Source of the DNA: the human T2T-CHM13v2.0 reference genome, Homo sapiens
Length of the DNA: 64,000 nt
Reading direction: 5' to 3' (one strand)
Assembly: GCF_009914755.1 (NCBI RefSeq)
Contig: NC_060928.1
The notes under the pieces were generated by a model, which saw only the letters and a list, made by a program, of their open reading frames with translations, had not been told where the DNA came from and did not search any database. Of this stretch, positions 63,039-64,000 are shown in pieces. Made by a program: the position numbers and the translations under genes. Position 1 is the first letter of the stretch, and each line of letters opens with the position of its first letter.

Positions 63039-63062
63039 GTGTGTGTGTGTGTGTGTGTGTGT
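63039..63062 (+). repeat. (GT)12 microsatellite in the 3' UTR
   Basis: Direct reading. Confidence 0.95.
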
Positions 63063-63273
63063 ATACCTGGGGGTGGGCAGTGCTCTTTTTCTAAAACTAA
63101 TATGGCTTATATATCTGAATTATGCCCTTTTTAGTGTGTATTAGGATGTGGGCTGGTTTGCTTTTCTACCACCTTTGTAATTTTATGTATCCCATCTCCT
63201 TTGTGTGAATTCATATATTATAGCAAAATACAAGAGACATGGGACTGTTTGCAATACCATATGGAAATCTTTT

Positions 63274-63298
63274 AATAAATATATGTAAATAAAATAAA
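63274..63298 (+). terminator. Cluster of three AATAAA poly(A) signals
   Basis: AATAAA at 63274, 63288 and 63293, with U-rich sequence downstream. Confidence 0.6.
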
Positions 63299-63534
63299 AA
63301 ATATTTGTCTCCACCTTTTCCCCAAAAGCAACAGCAAGACATATTTTGTTAGATATTTTATTTTTAATGTTTTCTATAATTTAAAAATGTATAGCCTGCC
63401 AAATGTTGTTTTCATAACCATGATATTGTTTTGAAAAAATTTTATCTTAAAATACTGAATGTTCTGACCTTTTATAGATGTTTTTGATTTTGTTTTAAAT
63501 AATTTTAAATTATGGAGCTTGACCTAGATTTGCC

Positions 63535-63540
63535 AATAAA
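63535..63540 (+). terminator. Candidate distal poly(A) signal AATAAA
   Basis: Canonical hexamer followed by U-rich tracts (63552-63595). Confidence 0.55.
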
Positions 63541-64000
63541 CTTTCTAGCCTATTTATTTTCTCTTTCTTACAAATAAGGTTTTTATAATTTTATATTAGG
63601 GATACTCTTAATTCTAAAATTAAGTAAAGTTTATTCAAATCAAACTTTATCATGGTGGGATATGGACAAATCCCTGAACATAGGTGCCAGGCACCTTTCT
63701 TAACTGACTTTTATTTCCATTTAGTTCAAAATAATAAGAAATGAAGCCAAAGTTTATTTTTGTTATCTGTCCACAAAATGGTTAAACGTGTGTGCGTATG
63801 AATATACGCTCTTCTCACTTGCAAATGCTCTTTGTTGAGCACATTGACTCCCATTAGACTATGACACCTGTTGCCGTACCTTATTGTAATTCATCATACA
63901 AGTGATCTCATACTTCTCTCCCTAATTCTTAGAAGACTTTAGCAAGTGGCTTACTATCTTTCTACCATTAGTTCTATTATCAGCCTTTTTATATCAGTAT

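Overview
Primate genomic DNA, very likely human, containing the 3' two-thirds of CEP135 (centriolar coiled-coil protein, Bld10 orthologue, MCPH8 gene) on the + strand. I reconstructed 16 coding exons by hand. All have AG/GT boundaries and splice into one 2313-nt open frame (770 aa + TAA) ending ...PPLSSTLRSPSHSPEHRNV*. A final non-coding exon follows (from 61551) with several AATAAA signals. Exon numbers 10-26 assume the 26-exon, 1140-aa reference model recalled from memory. Introns are rich in Alus (~40) and also hold a near full-length old antisense L1, a two-LTR MLT1 provirus with intact TSD, DNA-transposon MITEs, MIR and L2. Almost all non-exonic ORFs in the track are repeat-derived noise. 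I found no convincing new gene or system. The best leads are a 73-bp inverted repeat just upstream of the last coding exon, two candidate intronic polyadenylation/terminal-exon sites, Alu-bracketed stop-free exon blocks (circRNA candidates) and several splice-site oddities. Repeat subfamily names and repeat boundaries are by-eye estimates.
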